NCBI RefSeq assembly: GCF_001194135.2
Contig: NC_068987.1
Location: forward strand, 82,866,723-82,930,722
From: Octopus bimaculoides
Lineage: Eukaryota
DNA length: 64,000 nucleotides
Direction: 5' to 3'
Position numbers and translations under genes: made by a program. Below, piece by piece: positions 1 to 13,974 of the stretch (the first letter of the stretch is position 1; every line of letters starts with the position of its first letter). A model generated the notes under the pieces. The model saw nothing but the letters and a program-made list of their open reading frames with translations, did not search any database and was not told the DNA's origin.

Positions 1-5
1 GTGTG

Positions 6-61
<56 letters not shown>

Positions 62-297
62 TATGTATCTGTGTGTAAGTATGTATGCATGTGTATTTGT
101 ATATGCATGTATATGTGTGTGTGTGTATGCGTGCTTGGGTATGTGTGTTGGCATGTGTGTATGCGTGTATGTGTGTGTATGTATTTATGTACATACAAAA
201 GTACTTATGTATTTGCATTTATGTATGTGTGTATATATGTAGTTACCTATGAATATGTACAAATGTGTGTGTATAAATATATGTATGCATATGTATG

Positions 298-381
<84 letters not shown>

Positions 382-425
382 TATATTATATATATACACA
401 CACACATACACATATCTATATATGT
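1..425. repeat. (TG)/(TA) compound microsatellite
   Basis: Direct reading. Similar blocks at 1590-2115, 10330-10870, 21080-21735, 22740-22880, 55430-55750 and 57300-58330. Confidence 0.95.
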
Positions 426-660
426 ATGTCTTTCTTTTTAAATGTAAAATGAAAATAACGAACAAATTCTAAATGTAATTTAGTTTGATTCATTATCTAT
501 GACCTTAAATGTAAAACCAATAAATAGATTTTACAATATTTTGTCTTTGCTATTTTAAAATTTTGATCCTTCATACTCCCATACCAATATTGGACAAATA
601 CAAACAGTCTAATGCATGACATACAAGCACACACACACACACACACATACATATGTACAA

Positions 661-820
661 AAGGTTTCTTTTATTTTCTGTCTACGAAATCTAGTCACAA
701 GGTTTCTATTTGTCCAAAGGCTATAGTAGAAAACACTTGCCCAAGGTAACAAAGAGCGGGACTGAACTTGAAGCCATATGGCTGGGAAGCAAACTTCTTA
801 CCACATAGCCAAGCCTGCAC
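661..820 (-). mobile_element. SINE AB 5' half
   Basis: Reverse complement of the family head. Confidence 0.7.
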
Positions 821-840
821 CCATAATTATATCTATATCC

Positions 841-903
<63 letters not shown>

Positions 904-940
904 ACCATATGTGTATATATATTCATATATACATATATAA

Positions 941-1272
941 GCACAGGAGTGGCTGTGTGGTAAGTAGCTTGCTTACCAGCCATGTGGTTCTGGGTTCAGT
1001 CCCACTGCATGGTACCTTGGGCAAATAAATGTCTTCTACTATAGCTTCGGGCCGACCAAAGCCTTGTGAGTGGAAATGGTAGATGGAAACTGAAAGAAGC
1101 CCATTGTATATATATATGTGTGTGTATGTGTGTGTGTGTGTCTATGGTTGTCTCCCACTCCCAACATTGCTTGACAACCGATGCTGGTGTGTTTATGTCC
1201 CCGTAACTTAGCAGTTCGGCAAAAAAGACCGGTATAAGAAGTACTAGGCTTACAAAAAATAAGTCATGGGGT
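941..1272 (+). mobile_element. tRNA-headed SINE family AB (CORE-like motif, internal microsatellite, conserved 3' half)
   Basis: Head gcacaggagtggctgtgtggtaag...ggttcagtccc, CORE-like accttgggcaa, then (TA)/(TG)n and the 3' half. Confidence 0.85.
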
Positions 1273-1884
1273 CAATTACCCCTGAGGACAATAGATGATG
1301 ATTTAAAACTTCTTAATATATTGGAGAGGGTGTAATTAACCAAGGGTAGTAATTGTCCTAGGGTGTAATTAACCAAGTGGTGTGGGAATTGTCCAAGGTG
1401 GGTAATTGTCCTAATACATATATACTGTATCTGTGTTTATGCTTATTGTTGTAAAATGGTGTTGCGCATTCTGTCTTTACAGTAAAACCCATAACTTAGA
1501 AATTCAATAGCTGGAGATCAATAAAATAAATATCAGGAGGAAATAAGTGTTAGTGGGTGATAGGATCACTTAAAGGCATTGCTCTCATATATACTTACAT
1601 GCATGTATATATGCATCTATATATATGTATGTATATATGCATACACATATACACTCATATAGATACATGTACCTATATACACTCATATAGATACATGTAC
1701 CTATATACAAACAAGCATGCAAATGTATACGGGCATATGGATACATATGAATGCATTCATATTATAAGCGTATTATATATGTATATATATGTATGTGTGT
1801 ATGTATATGCATATATACATGTATGTATGTGTATATATATATGTATATATGTGTGTGTATATATATATGTGTGTAGGTCGGAAA

Positions 1885-1961
<77 letters not shown>

Positions 1962-3011
1962 GTATATGGGTGTGTATATATGTGAATGTGTGTGTGTACG
2001 TGTGTGTGTTGTGTGTGTATATATGTATGTATAAATCTGTACACACACACATGCACACACACACGCATGCACACACACACCACACACACACACACACGCA
2101 CACACACATATATATTCATGTTAATTTTTATATGTGAGTTGGAAGAAACAGAAAACCAAACTAAATGTTATTGATTTATTTGGTAAACTTGGTATTATTT
2201 CTTCCCAAATTCTGAGTCTTGATTGTATCAGCATTGATTTCAAGTCAATTTAACCACCACCACCACCACTATTGCAACTACAAAAATATCAGTAATACGT
2301 TAGGATCAATTGAATCAATTTTTCCATATCCTTTTCAGAAATTGACTTTGTGTCTTGCATTAAGCAAGACAAATCTCTCCTAGGCATTACATTTTTAGGA
2401 TTTCTGGGAAAGGCAGTTCAATACAAGTTGTGAACAATGGTAATCGGGAACAACAATAGTCTTCCTAATTGGAACAATGTCATTCATTCGAACTTGTAGA
2501 ACTACATTCAGTCTGGTCTACAAGTAGAATGGAATTATACATTGGTTTCGAATTTTGGCACCAGGCCAGTAATTTCTAGGGAGAAGATAAGTCAATTATA
2601 TCAACCCCAGTGCTCAACTGGTACTTATTTTATCAACCCCTGAGAGGATGATAAGCAAATCTGACCCCAGTGGCATCTGAACACGGAATGTGAAGACAGA
2701 CAAAATGTCACTAAGTATTTTTCCCAGCATGCTAACAGTTCTACCAGCCTGCTGCCTTAGAATGGAATTAAATATTAAATGATAGAATTGCATTCCTTCT
2801 AATTAGTAAAATGGTAAATATGACTGTGTGTGTATGAACTCCAGCTCTTGTAGTGGAGTGGTGGTTTGTTTCAATGACCCTAAGGGTTACATTGGTGGGT
2901 TGCAAGTCCCTATTAGGGCCTCTTATGTTTGACAAGTCAATGGTTAAAGGCCAGGTGAATAAGGACTTCCTCTTCCCCTAGGCTTGTGTTGGGTCAATAT
3001 ACCTACCTAAA

Positions 3012-3228
3012 AAGCAGCAAGCTGGCAGAAACATTAGCACACTGGGCGAAATGCTTAGAGGTATTTCATCTGTCTTTACGTCCTAAGTTTAAATTCCACC
3101 GAGGTCGACTTTGCTTTCACCCTCTCAGGGTCAAAAAATTAAGTACCAGTTGCATACTGGGATCGATCTAATTGACTGGCCCCCTCCCCAAAAATATTTT
3201 GGGCCTTGTGCCTAGAGTAGAAAAGAAT
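3012..3228 (+). mobile_element. tRNA-derived SINE family C (about 210 bp)
   Basis: gctggcagaaacattagcacactgggcgaaatgcttag...gtcgactttgctttcaccc...ggccttgtgcctagagtagaaaag. Other copies at about 2545-2760(-), 6140-6375(-), 42308-42410(+), 46818-47033(-), 51400-51600(+), 56305-56533(-). Confidence 0.85.
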
Positions 3229-3289
3229 ATACCTACCTAGGAAGAGAGCAAAGCTACAGAAGCATCAATGATAAATCAAAGAGATTTGG

Positions 3290-3520
3290 GAGAGGTGGGC
3301 CTTCATTCAGAGTAACACATGATGTGGTGCAGCAAAATCCAAAAGGAACCCATCATCTGATATTGCATGTCAGGTTTATGACATGGAATTCAAAAGGGAA
3401 CTGGAAGTGAGGATGCCCCCAAAATAGCAGGAGATGGGATAGTTAGGTTGAGCTGAAAATGCTGGGATCTGAGTGGAGAGAAGTAGAAAAGACAGCCCAG
3501 ATTCAAGAAGAGTGGGGAGG
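3290..3520 (+). mobile_element. Old RTE LINE C-terminal relic
   Basis: TWNSKGNWK*GCPQNSRRWDS*VELKMLGSEWREVEKTAQIQEEW resembles the RTE ending W.P.GKRKRGRP...ELK..G..W....AQDR..W. Confidence 0.55.
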
Positions 3521-3589
3521 AGGGAAAAAATCATTGATGGGATATGGTCGATAAAAAGAGGAAAGGCTTAAGTAAGTATGGATGAACGG

Positions 3590-3618
3590 GGGGGAGGTAG
3601 GGAGAGAGAGAGAGAGAA

Positions 3619-3653
<35 letters not shown>

Positions 3654-3764
3654 TAAGTGAAAATAAAAGGGAAAAAGCAAAGAATAAAATAATAGGTAAA
3701 AGAAGTCAAGAAATGAGGAAGGAAGGAAGGAAGAAAGAAAGGAAAAAGAAAGAAAGAAAGAAAA

Positions 3765-3800
<36 letters not shown>

Positions 3801-3930
3801 AGGGTGGGTGGATGGGAAAAAGAAGGAAGGAAGAAGGAAAGAAAGAGAAAAGGAAAGGAAGGAAAAAGAAAGAAAGAAAGAAAGAAAGAAAGAACAAAGA
3901 GAAACAAAGAAAGAAGAGAAGAAAGAAAGA
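3590..3930 (+). repeat. Polypurine (GA)/(GAAA)/(GGAA) tract
   Basis: Direct reading. Confidence 0.9.
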
Positions 3931-4460
3931 CTCTGGAAGCAACAGACACACACACACTGACATCCAAAAATGAGAAATTAAGAATGTCTGTAAGCAATTC
4001 CAACAAATCCAAACTTGTGGACCTGTTTATATGACTTGGAAATTGTCCAAAAAGGTGAAATTCCCTAGACAGAAATTAAAGAACAAACACACAAAAAAAA
4101 AACACCCACAAAAAAATGTCTATTTAATAATTTGCAAAAAATATAAGGAGCAGTTTTTGGTACACAGGCTGTCATAATAATACATAGCATTATATTTGCT
4201 ATGAATGAAGAAGAAAATTGCTTCCATATTGGATTTTCTTCACTTTTTTTTTTACACTTTTTCTCTTTTTTTTTTTTTGATGGCAACGGATTCTCTGAAA
4301 CTCTCTGGATGGTAAAAGCTGTTTAAAGAAATATGAGAAGACATAATTGGCTTAAATTCTTGTATAATCAGAACAAATTGCTATCTCAAAAAAGTAACAT
4401 AAAACATAAATATACATACACATACGTCTAAATATAGACACACACACACACACACACACT

Positions 4461-4833
4461 NNNNNNNNNNNNNNNNNNNNNNNNNNNNNNNNNNNNNNNN
4501 NNNNNNNNNNNNNNNNNNNNNNNNNNNNNNNNNNNNNNNNNNNNNNNNNNNNNNNNNNNNNNNNNNNNNNNNNNNNNNNNNNNNNNNNNNNNNNNNNNNN
4601 NNNNNNNNNNNNNNNNNNNNNNNNNNNNNNNNNNNNNNNNNNNNNNNNNNNNNNNNNNNNNNNNNNNNNNNNNNNNNNNNNNNNNNNNNNNNNNNNNNNN
4701 NNNNNNNNNNNNNNNNNNNNNNNNNNNNNNNNNNNNNNNNNNNNNNNNNNNNNNNNNNNNNNNNNNNNNNNNNNNNNNNNNNNNNNNNNNNNNNNNNNNN
4801 NNNNNNNNNNNNNNNNNNNNNNNNNNNNNNNNN
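4461..4833. other. Assembly gap; others at about 9252-9484, 13975-14315, 16498-16736, 33985-33994, 35699-36501, 41797-42307, 43670-43679, 44925-45501, 46377-46810, 49601-49610, 52843-53505, 57843-57900, 62169-62473
   Basis: N runs, mostly bordered by microsatellites or SINEs. Confidence 0.98.
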
Positions 4834-5712
4834 CAGGTATGTGCATACCGACATCCACCTGTATGTATAGGTGCATATCTGGGTACAGGACATTGCACAC
4901 AAACGTAGACGAGAACACACGAGCCACATAGAGAACACTCCACCATATATATATGTATATATATATATAGGTGTATATTTAAGAATATATGTGTATATAT
5001 ACATTATACACACACACATGCACACGCATACATATTCATATATAGTTGTTAAAAAGAAGACCCAAATATGAGAAAATTTGATTGAGAAAAAGTACCCCAA
5101 AAATTTTAATTTTCAGCAATTTTATGACATAAAAATAAAAATGTAAAAAAAAAAAAATGTATACTTTTTAGAGAAATGAAATAAATAAATGATTGAATAA
5201 TAACAAAAATATTAATAAAGAAAATTGGGAATTAAAAACAAACAAAAACATTGTATCATATTAAGGAAAGACAGAAAGAGAGAGAGAGAGGGGGGAGAGA
5301 GAGGGAGAGAGAGAGCAAGAAAGAAAGAAAGATGAAAAAAAGAAAGAAAGGAAGAAGGAAGACTCGAGAGCATTAGAATAACCAAATAAATAATTGTATG
5401 TGTAAACCAATCAATATCATGTATATATAATCCTATGGAAATCTCATGGTTAAACAAATATATATTCACCTTTCATATCTTCTGACTTTATGTTTACACA
5501 CACACACGCATGCACACACGCGCGCGCACGCGCACACACACACACACACACACACACTCATGCACACATACACACACACTCATGTATAATTTGACAAACA
5601 TTTCTTAAAGTGGAAAGGTGTATACAAAATGTAACATAGGTGTGATGCAGCAAAGCAGAATTTAGTATTTGATATCATGAATTCTGAAATTTACATTCAA
5701 GTCTGTTGTAGA

Positions 5713-6028
5713 TTATATGTGTGGCTATGTGATAAGAAGCTTGCTTCCGAACCACATGCTTCCAGGTTCAGTCCCACTGTGTGGAACCTTGGATTATAAG
5801 CCTCAGGCCGACCAAAGCCTAATGAGTGGATTTGGCAGATGCAAACTGAAAGAAACACATCAGGTTAGGCACAGGAGTGGCTGTGTGGTAAGTTGCTTGC
5901 TTACCAACCACATGGTTCCGGTTTCAGTTCCACTGCCTGGCACCTTGGGCAAGTGCCTTCTACTATAGCCTTGAGCCGACCAAAGCCTTGTGTGTGGATT
6001 TGGTAGACAGAAACTGAAAGAAGCCTGT

Positions 6029-6030
<2 letters not shown>
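5713..6030 (+). mobile_element. Two tandem SINE AB 5' halves
   Basis: Heads at about 5713 and 5868; the second ends in (TA)n. Confidence 0.8.
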
Positions 6031-6085
<55 letters not shown>

Positions 6086-7012
6086 ATGCTTATAGAATTA
6101 AGAGCTTTGTGGCCAATAAAGTTATCTAACTCTATCTATCTTATTTCTTTATTGCCCACAAGGGGCTAAACATAGAGGGGACAAACAAGGACAGACAAAG
6201 GGATTAAGTCGATTACATCGACTCCAGTATGCAACTGGTACTTAATTTATCGACCCTGAAAAGATGAAAGTCAAATTCAACCTCGGTGGAATTTGAACTC
6301 AGAACGCAATGGCATGCGAAATACCGCTAAGCATTTCGCCCGGCGTGCTAACGTTTCTGCCAGCTCACTGCCTTATCTATCTATCTATCCATTTATCTGT
6401 CAGTCAATTGAGCTAGCTAATAATGAGTGTGTGCTTGTATGTGTGTGTCTGTGTATGTATGTGTGTGTGTGCATGCATGTATGTATGTATATATGTATAC
6501 ATATATACATACTTATATTACATACCTAGCTATCTACAGCCTTTTGTCTGTGTGTATAAACATACATAGAAACATTTTACTCTCTGAAAGCCTAACAAGA
6601 CCTTTTACACTTACATCAATTCTTCTCCATCACAGTTAAAACATAATGGATATTCTAGGCTTGACGACTATGTTTTCTGATCAGTTCTGTTAACAAAGCC
6701 ATACTACTTAGCTTCATGTTAATTTCTCGATATGTTTTCCACTTATCACCACATTTATGCAAGATATTTTTAGAAATCAATTCCATTATCATAATTATAG
6801 TCTTACAAGATTGACAGAATTTCAAAGTTGAACCCATTCACTAAGAAATAAGGGAATTTTTGTCGTTCTTGTAAAGAAGACACATATTTAGTGGAACCAT
6901 ATAAATTATTTCCTCCGATATACTGTAATTATTCATTTTCACATAAAACGCACACCTATTTTATGGTATGTTTTCTCGGAAAAATAAAACCCAGATTTAA
7001 TATGTTTCATCA

Positions 7013-7507
7013 TAGGCGTAAGTGTGGCTGTTTGGTAAGAAGTTTCCTTCTCAACCACATGTTTGTTAGTTCAGTCCCATTCTGTGCCACCTTGGGAAAG
7101 TGTCTTCTTCTATAGCCTTGGGCTGATCAAAGCCTTGTGAGAGGATTTCGTGGAAACTGATGGAAGCCAGTTATATATATGTGTGTGAGTGTGTGTGTGT
7201 GTGTGTGTGTGTCTGTGTGTGTGTGAGAGAGAGTGTTGTGTGTGTGAGAAAGAGAGAGAGAGAGTGTTGTGTATGTGAGAAAGAGAGAGAGAGAGTGTGT
7301 GCATGTGTGTCTGTGTTTTTGTCCCTCACAACTGTTGTTGGTTTGTTTACATCCTGGTAACTTAGTGGTTTGGCAAAAGAGACCAATGGAATAAGGACTA
7401 GGCTTAAATAAAAAGAAGTATTGAAGAAGTATTAGGGGTTGATTCATTCAACAGAAAATTCCTCAAGGTGGTGCCCCAGCATGGCCACAGTCTAATAACT
7501 GAAACAG
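7013..7507 (+). mobile_element. SINE AB, full length
   Basis: 5' half, (TG)/(GA)n insert, 3' half. Confidence 0.8.
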
Positions 7508-8564
7508 TGGTGTGGTGATGGTGATGATGATGATGATGATTTTTTTTTTTTGCACACCCTAACTTTTCTCTCTAAATCATTGTGCTGAAAACCAATCCTT
7601 AAACGATCCCCTTCAACATGAAAAATAAAACGATCAACTATCAGCTATAAAAATTTGGGGTCTGTTTTAGCTGTAAACCATTTTTTCACACTTTTAATAA
7701 TCTACATTGTTAAATTTTACGGGGATTACTTCCATGAGGCAGAAAGAATCCCCACGTACAATGTCTACCTGAAAATATAGGGTTATCTGTCGGAGAGCAA
7801 CATTAGAGAGGTTCCTGCAATAACAGCAGCTTGTCAACAATGTGTTAGTTCTGAAATGAAAGAATTTTTCATTATTTATGTAAAAATTTCTTTAAACAAT
7901 ATTTTCAATCAATGAATACATCATGTTATTACATTGCTAAAAATATTCTTGCTTAAGGGACCAAAAATAGTTCTACAATGAAAAGCATCTAAATCCATTT
8001 CATGATTTTCTAATATTAAATATTTCGTTTTTAATCTTTGATATTTCAAATTACTTTAAAAATTCAAATTCTGTAAAAAAAAAAAAAAAAAGATCATATT
8101 TTTCTTTTCTTTTTTCGCTCTAATATCAACTGCAGTGAATCATCTTTTCTGCATATCAAGTAAGTTATAGAAGCCAAATCTTTCAATTATTGATTTGTCT
8201 TGGAGGCATTTCAGCTTCCTTGAATCTTACTCTTCATCTTTGCCCGTTATCAGTGATACAGATTTTAGAAGCTAATTCCTCCTCACTTATTTTGCACCTG
8301 TTTGGAATAATTCATCTGCTATTTGGAAATCTCATTTTCCTTTTAAATTCTTATTCTGTTTAATGTTATTCTATTAATGTTATCATAAGCATTTTTTAAA
8401 ACTTTATTTTAATCTTTTGAATCAGTTTTCAAAATGTTTATTTTGTTACGATAGCTATTACATAGCATATGTTCATGATTATATTTCAAAATATTATATT
8501 ATAAATATAATTTCAATATCATAAATGTAATATAAATATTATAAATTAGTTATAAATATTTCTA

Positions 8565-8870
8565 CGGTAAATGATTCACTATATCATTTGTATGATGTGG
8601 AAAATATTCCATCAACATTGTCCAAATGATATAGGTATCATTTTTAAAATTCATCCATGGCTTGGCCCACGTGCCATCCATCTTCTACAGAAATTGTATT
8701 TGTCTTGTATCCCAACACTGCAACAGAACTATTTCACCTCAACTGGCCTGCTCTCTTCAACATAGTGCCAGCCTACATAAAAGAGGAAAGTGATTTCAAA
8801 GCATTCAAACAGTCTCTTGATGATTACCTCCAAAAAATACCAGACAAACCACCCACAACCGGAGCAACGG
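8565..8870 (+). mobile_element. CR1/L2-group LINE ORF2 C-terminal relic
   Basis: Frameshifted YIICMMWKIF..CPNDIGI.F / PALFNIVPAYIKEESDFKAFKQSLDDYLQKIPDKP. Confidence 0.75.
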
Positions 8871-9000
8871 GGTTGATGTAATCAGTTTAACCCCCCTCCT
8901 GAAATTGCAGGCCTTGTGCCAAAATTTGAAACCATTATTATAGTTATCTCTAAAATATTTAACCCTTTACTGACAAAATATGGTTTTATGATATAATTAT

Positions 9001-9170
9001 AGGCATTGGCTTGGCTGTGTGGTCAAGAAACTTGCTTTGCAACCATGTAGTTTCAGGTTCAATCCCATTGCATGTCACTGTGAGCAAATGGCAAGTATGT
9101 TCTATTAAAGATCTGAGATGACTAAAGCCTTCTGATTGAATTTAGTAGACAGAAACTGTGTGGAAGCCAG
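9001..9170 (+). mobile_element. SINE AB 5' half followed by (CA)n(TA)n and a gap
   Basis: Family match. Confidence 0.7.
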
Positions 9171-9172
9171 CT

Positions 9173-9251
<79 letters not shown>

Positions 9252-9532
9252 NNNNNNNNNNNNNNNNNNNNNNNNNNNNNNNNNNNNNNNNNNNNNNNNN
9301 NNNNNNNNNNNNNNNNNNNNNNNNNNNNNNNNNNNNNNNNNNNNNNNNNNNNNNNNNNNNNNNNNNNNNNNNNNNNNNNNNNNNNNNNNNNNNNNNNNNN
9401 NNNNNNNNNNNNNNNNNNNNNNNNNNNNNNNNNNNNNNNNNNNNNNNNNNNNNNNNNNNNNNNNNNNNNNNNNNNNNNNNNNNNNTATATGTACATGTTT
9501 ATGATTGATATAGATATGTGTGTGTGTGTGTG

Positions 9533-9885
9533 GCAATGATCAAGGCCTTTGGCATTATAACATGCTTGAGAAGACCCATGAAGTTGAGCAAAATCATAGT
9601 CATGGCAGATACTGGTTTCGCGAAAATTGGCACCTGTGCCAGTGGAACATAAATGCACCCCGGTGTCATGCAAAACAGCACCCATGACAGTGGCATGTAA
9701 AAGCACTCATTACACTCTCGGAGTGGTTGGCATTAGGAAAGGCATCCTGCTATAGAAAACCATCCCAAATCAAACTGGAGTCTGGTGCAGCATTCCAGTG
9801 TGCCAGCCCAGTCAAACCATCCAACCCATGCCCCAGCATGGGCAATGGACTTCAAATGACGATGACGACAGTGATGATGATGAGG
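9533..9885 (+). mobile_element. RTE LINE 3' fragment (same family)
   Basis: DQGLWHYNMLEKT-like C-terminus, family 3' UTR, GAT tail. Confidence 0.7.
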
Positions 9886-11053
9886 ATATAACTTACTAGA
9901 ATAAACATATTCTTCATAGTTCAAGTAAACCCTGTTGAATAAAAGGTAACTAGCTAGAGCCAAGTTCTTGAGCTGGTTTCAATTATCATTTGAGGCCAAT
10001 AAACACTGCTTAGATTGACCTGGAGAAAGCCAGGCATGACACATCAACTCATCTCTCCTTCACTGATACATATGGCCCTGGGTACTGAATCAAAATATCA
10101 TCTAATATTTTTTAAATGCCTGGATGCTGGAGCTTTAGGAAAACAATTGGAAATTGGAATCCAGCCTGAATAAACTTTGGCTTTTGTTATTTGGGGTCTG
10201 ATATAATAAGGTACCAAATAAGCACCAAAATAAGGTCAAGCAGTTCACCGTATCCCTTTCCCTGCCAATAATTGGCCTGGTGCCTAACTAGAAGGAATTA
10301 ATATGCATAATATTTTGGCTTGCCAGACACACACACACACACACACATAAACACACACACACAGACAGACATAGACACAGACACACACAAACATACACAC
10401 ACACATAAACACACACGTAAACACACACAAGCACACACGCATAAGTACACAATCACACAAAGACACACACATAAACGTGCACACATACACACATAATCAC
10501 ACACACAAACACATGCACATAAACACACATAAACATACGAACACATACATATCTACATTCACTCACTTATACTCACATACATACACACATAAGCACACAC
10601 ACACATCTACATTCACACACCTATGCTCACATACATACTACACACATAAGCACACATACATCTACATTTACACACCTATACTCACACACACACATCTACA
10701 TTCACACACCTATACTCACAGCCACACAAATAAACACACACACATACATAAACACACGCACACATAAACATATACACACACACAAATAAACACGCATGCA
10801 CACACACACACACACACATAAACACACTCACACATCAATAAATACAGACATGCTCCCAAACACACATTCAATGTTTGTTGTTGCTTTTAAACATCATTTC
10901 TAATTCAATAAACATCTTCATGTTTATCTCTTACCTTTCACTCATTTCAGTCATTGATCTGAGGCCATGCTGGAGTAAACAAACCAATCCCAGTGCTCGA
11001 TTTTAAGTCTGGTTCATATTCTATTGGTTTCATTTGCCAAATATTTTGAAATA

Positions 11054-11218
11054 TACCGTATTTTAACGTGTATAAGAAACCCTTTTTTGTCAAAAATTAG
11101 ATCAAAAAAATACGGGATTTTCTTATACATGGATAGTATTATAATCCCTTACCAAACTTTTTTTCCAAATTTTAAGCCCCAAAATTAGGGGGTTCCTTAT
11201 ACAAGTTAAAATATGGTA
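11054..11218. mobile_element. Tc1/mariner (pogo/Tc2-like) MITE, about 165 bp
   Basis: TA + CCGTATTTTAACGTGTATAAGAAACC and its inverse (3 mismatches in 26) + TA. Confidence 0.85.
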
Positions 11219-11704
11219 ATCAAGAACATTGCCATGCTCCCATTGGTCAGACATAAGTAAATAAACATTTTAAAATGATGCTTTGCCACACAGCTATATC
11301 TGGGTAAATTTTAAAAACATATCTTGTATTTGTAAACATACAGGACATTTTGTTTTTGTCTTTTTGGTACTGGGAAGGTATAGAATGGATTGAAATTGAA
11401 TTAATTATAATAAATTAGTAGTATTTAATTTTATCTAACCTCAAAGTAGGGTCCACATATGAGTCAAATACACTTTTGTTTCATCTTCATTACATCCAAA
11501 CATATTAAAGTCTCAAACCGACATTTATACCAATTATTGTCAGTGCACAAGACTTTGTAATAAAAAATTTATGGTTTATGGCTCACAGAGGAGAGATGGA
11601 AGGCAGGGTCCATGAACTTTGCATGGCCTCCAAGGTAGGGGGTAGGAGTGGGGCATGGAGATGATAACCTTGACTCATGGTTTGTTACCATTATTTACAC
11701 AGAC

Positions 11705-12485
11705 CTCATGGCAGAGTAGTGGTAGAGTCATTTGCCCACCAGACAAACTGCTTCACATCAATTTTTCTGGCTTTACATTCAGAGTTCAAATCTCACCACA
11801 GTCAACTTTGCCTTTCATCTTTTTTTTTTTTGCGGGGGGGAGGGGGGCATTAAAATACATACCAATCAAGCCCAGGGTAGTGGGTTGATGTAACTGACTT
11901 GACCAGGGGTGGGTTAACTCCCACCCATGGGTGCAATTGCACCCACATGCCCATTTTATTGCTCCCACAGTCCGATGTACTCATATGTACAAAATATAGT
12001 AAATTTTCAATTACAAAATTTATACAATATTCGTATGCGTATTTGCAACAGACACATTTCCCCTTTACAACTTGAAACAGTTAAACTCAAACAGAAAATC
12101 GTCCAGTGATTGCCATTTGAATGGAAATTTTGTTTTCACTCTAAAACCCATACTGCTAGGTTTGTACCACCCCCTTGAGATCCAACTACACTCTAGCTGA
12201 AAAATATAGAATGCCTCATAAGTAATATAAACGTCATAAATTCAGTGGCAGCATTAATGAAGATGTTATGCGTTAATTTAATGTGTTAAACTTATCTCTT
12301 TTAATGTGTCTCAAATTATACATAGATATATACAAGATTTACGCAGATATAAGTGTTAGAACTTGTGATCCACCCATGGACCATTTTCATTGGAATTTTT
12401 TACGTGCCGCATTAAAAAGTTTCCCCACCCTTGGACTAGACCCTCTCTCTAAAAAATTTAGGCCTTGTGCCTATAGTAGAAAGAC
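11705..12485 (+). mobile_element. SINE C split by the hAT MITE (11705-11903 and 12434-12485)
   Basis: The 3' tail gactagaccctctctctaaaaaatttaggccttgtgcctatagtagaaag resumes after the MITE. Confidence 0.7.
11904..12433. mobile_element. hAT (Charlie-like) MITE, 530 bp, inserted into a SINE
   Basis: TIRs CAGGGGTGGGTTAACT / CAAGGGTGGGGAAACT; 8-bp TSD GACTTGAC / GACTAGAC. Confidence 0.7.
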
Positions 12486-12922
12486 TAATTTTCACCAGAT
12501 ATGGCATCGAAATACTTTGTTTTGTTGTTGTTGTTGTTGCTGTTTTTGCAGAGATAGGAAGCCATTGAGTTTTGGTGAGAATAATGGAAAAGTATGATAT
12601 AAGTAATGGGATACAATATATACTTCCAGATCTAAAGATACAGGCAATACTATCTGAACAAATATTAAAAGCACTATGTATATATTGAAGCAAATATATC
12701 TTCCAATGCTTTGAAAATGCCTGACAATATAGGAGGCAATTTTAGCATGCATAATAATAATGATGTAATACATTAAGTGCAAATAAATTGCCATGGTATT
12801 GAAACATTTGAAGCATGTATTGAACTGTCACTTTCTATTCATCTTAATTTATTATATATATATATGTGTGTATGTGTATGTATGTATTTGGGTTGTGTTT
12901 TTGTGTGTGTATATATATATAC

Positions 12923-12976
<54 letters not shown>

Positions 12977-13938
12977 CATAATGTATATGATACAAAACTT
13001 ACAAAGATAAATAAATTAAGTTTGTGATTTTTGTGAAATCCGACTGAAAAAGGGGAAAAAAATGCAAAACGTACCAATTTGTGAAATTCTTCCATTTCCT
13101 ATCCAAATAATATGCTAAATTAATCCATATTTCTTCTCTCTTTCACTTTGGAGATTCTTCTTCAAATATCTGTGACTAACTGATTTATTACTTGGTATTT
13201 CTTTTTCCCCATCCACAAGTGTTGAGCAGATCGAGATTAGTGAGAGATCAAACAACTCCATACTTGCTTTTAGTTTTGAGATTTTTCTAATGTCTCTTCT
13301 GCAAGTGAATCATTATTTGTTATCTTGGAGTTCATCTAATAAATCTTCAGAATACCAATGGATGGCCTTAGGATAAAAGCAAAAACTTAGGATCAATAAT
13401 GTCTTGAAATGTAATAGGGTGGTGGGTAGGATGGCTAGAAATCTATATGAGAAGTGAGAAAGGAAAATAAGAGAAACTGGACTGATGATTGAGGAAGAAT
13501 TGATGAGAAAAACGCAAAAGGGTATAAATAAAGGAAGTGAGATAAGAGCTGAAGAAGAAGAAGAATATAGGAGAAGAGGGTCAAGGAGTTTGATGTATAA
13601 GGATGGGGAAAATAAGTAGGGAGAGAATAATAACGGGAAAAAAAATGGGAATTAAGCCACAGATGGAAGAAAGAAAATATGGAAATAATAAAGCAAAAAA
13701 AAATCAACAAAAAAAATCATTTTATTCAGGAATTGTGATCATAACTGGCTGGAGTAAGAATATATAGATTATATTTCACAGATACTCAGACAGAATAAAT
13801 GACTGAAATTAAAGAAAGAGAAAGAAAGAGAGAGAGAGAGAGTTATGGTTTATCAATATGATATTGATGGCGTGAGAAGTGATGAGGGGGAGCTGTTTAT
13901 ATTTCATGGTGTTATAAATGGAGTAAGTTGGTTTATAT

Positions 13939-13974
<36 letters not shown>

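Noticed and set aside
3-2174. ORFs rich in YI/CV/HT (also 10284-10767, 21059-21518, 57246-58558)
   Set aside because: Translations of dinucleotide microsatellites, open in several frames at once.
2339-2440. Exon-like segment after ttttccatatccttttcAG
   Set aside because: Weak donor (GTAATC), no coding signal; chance-level.
3503-4034. K/E/R-rich and F/S/L-rich ORFs (also 39207-41189)
   Set aside because: Polypurine/polypyrimidine simple repeats; no splice or domain support.
9990-10290. Possible RT relic (IDLEKA-like peptide)
   Set aside because: Only one short motif; neighbouring RT motifs are not convincingly recoverable.
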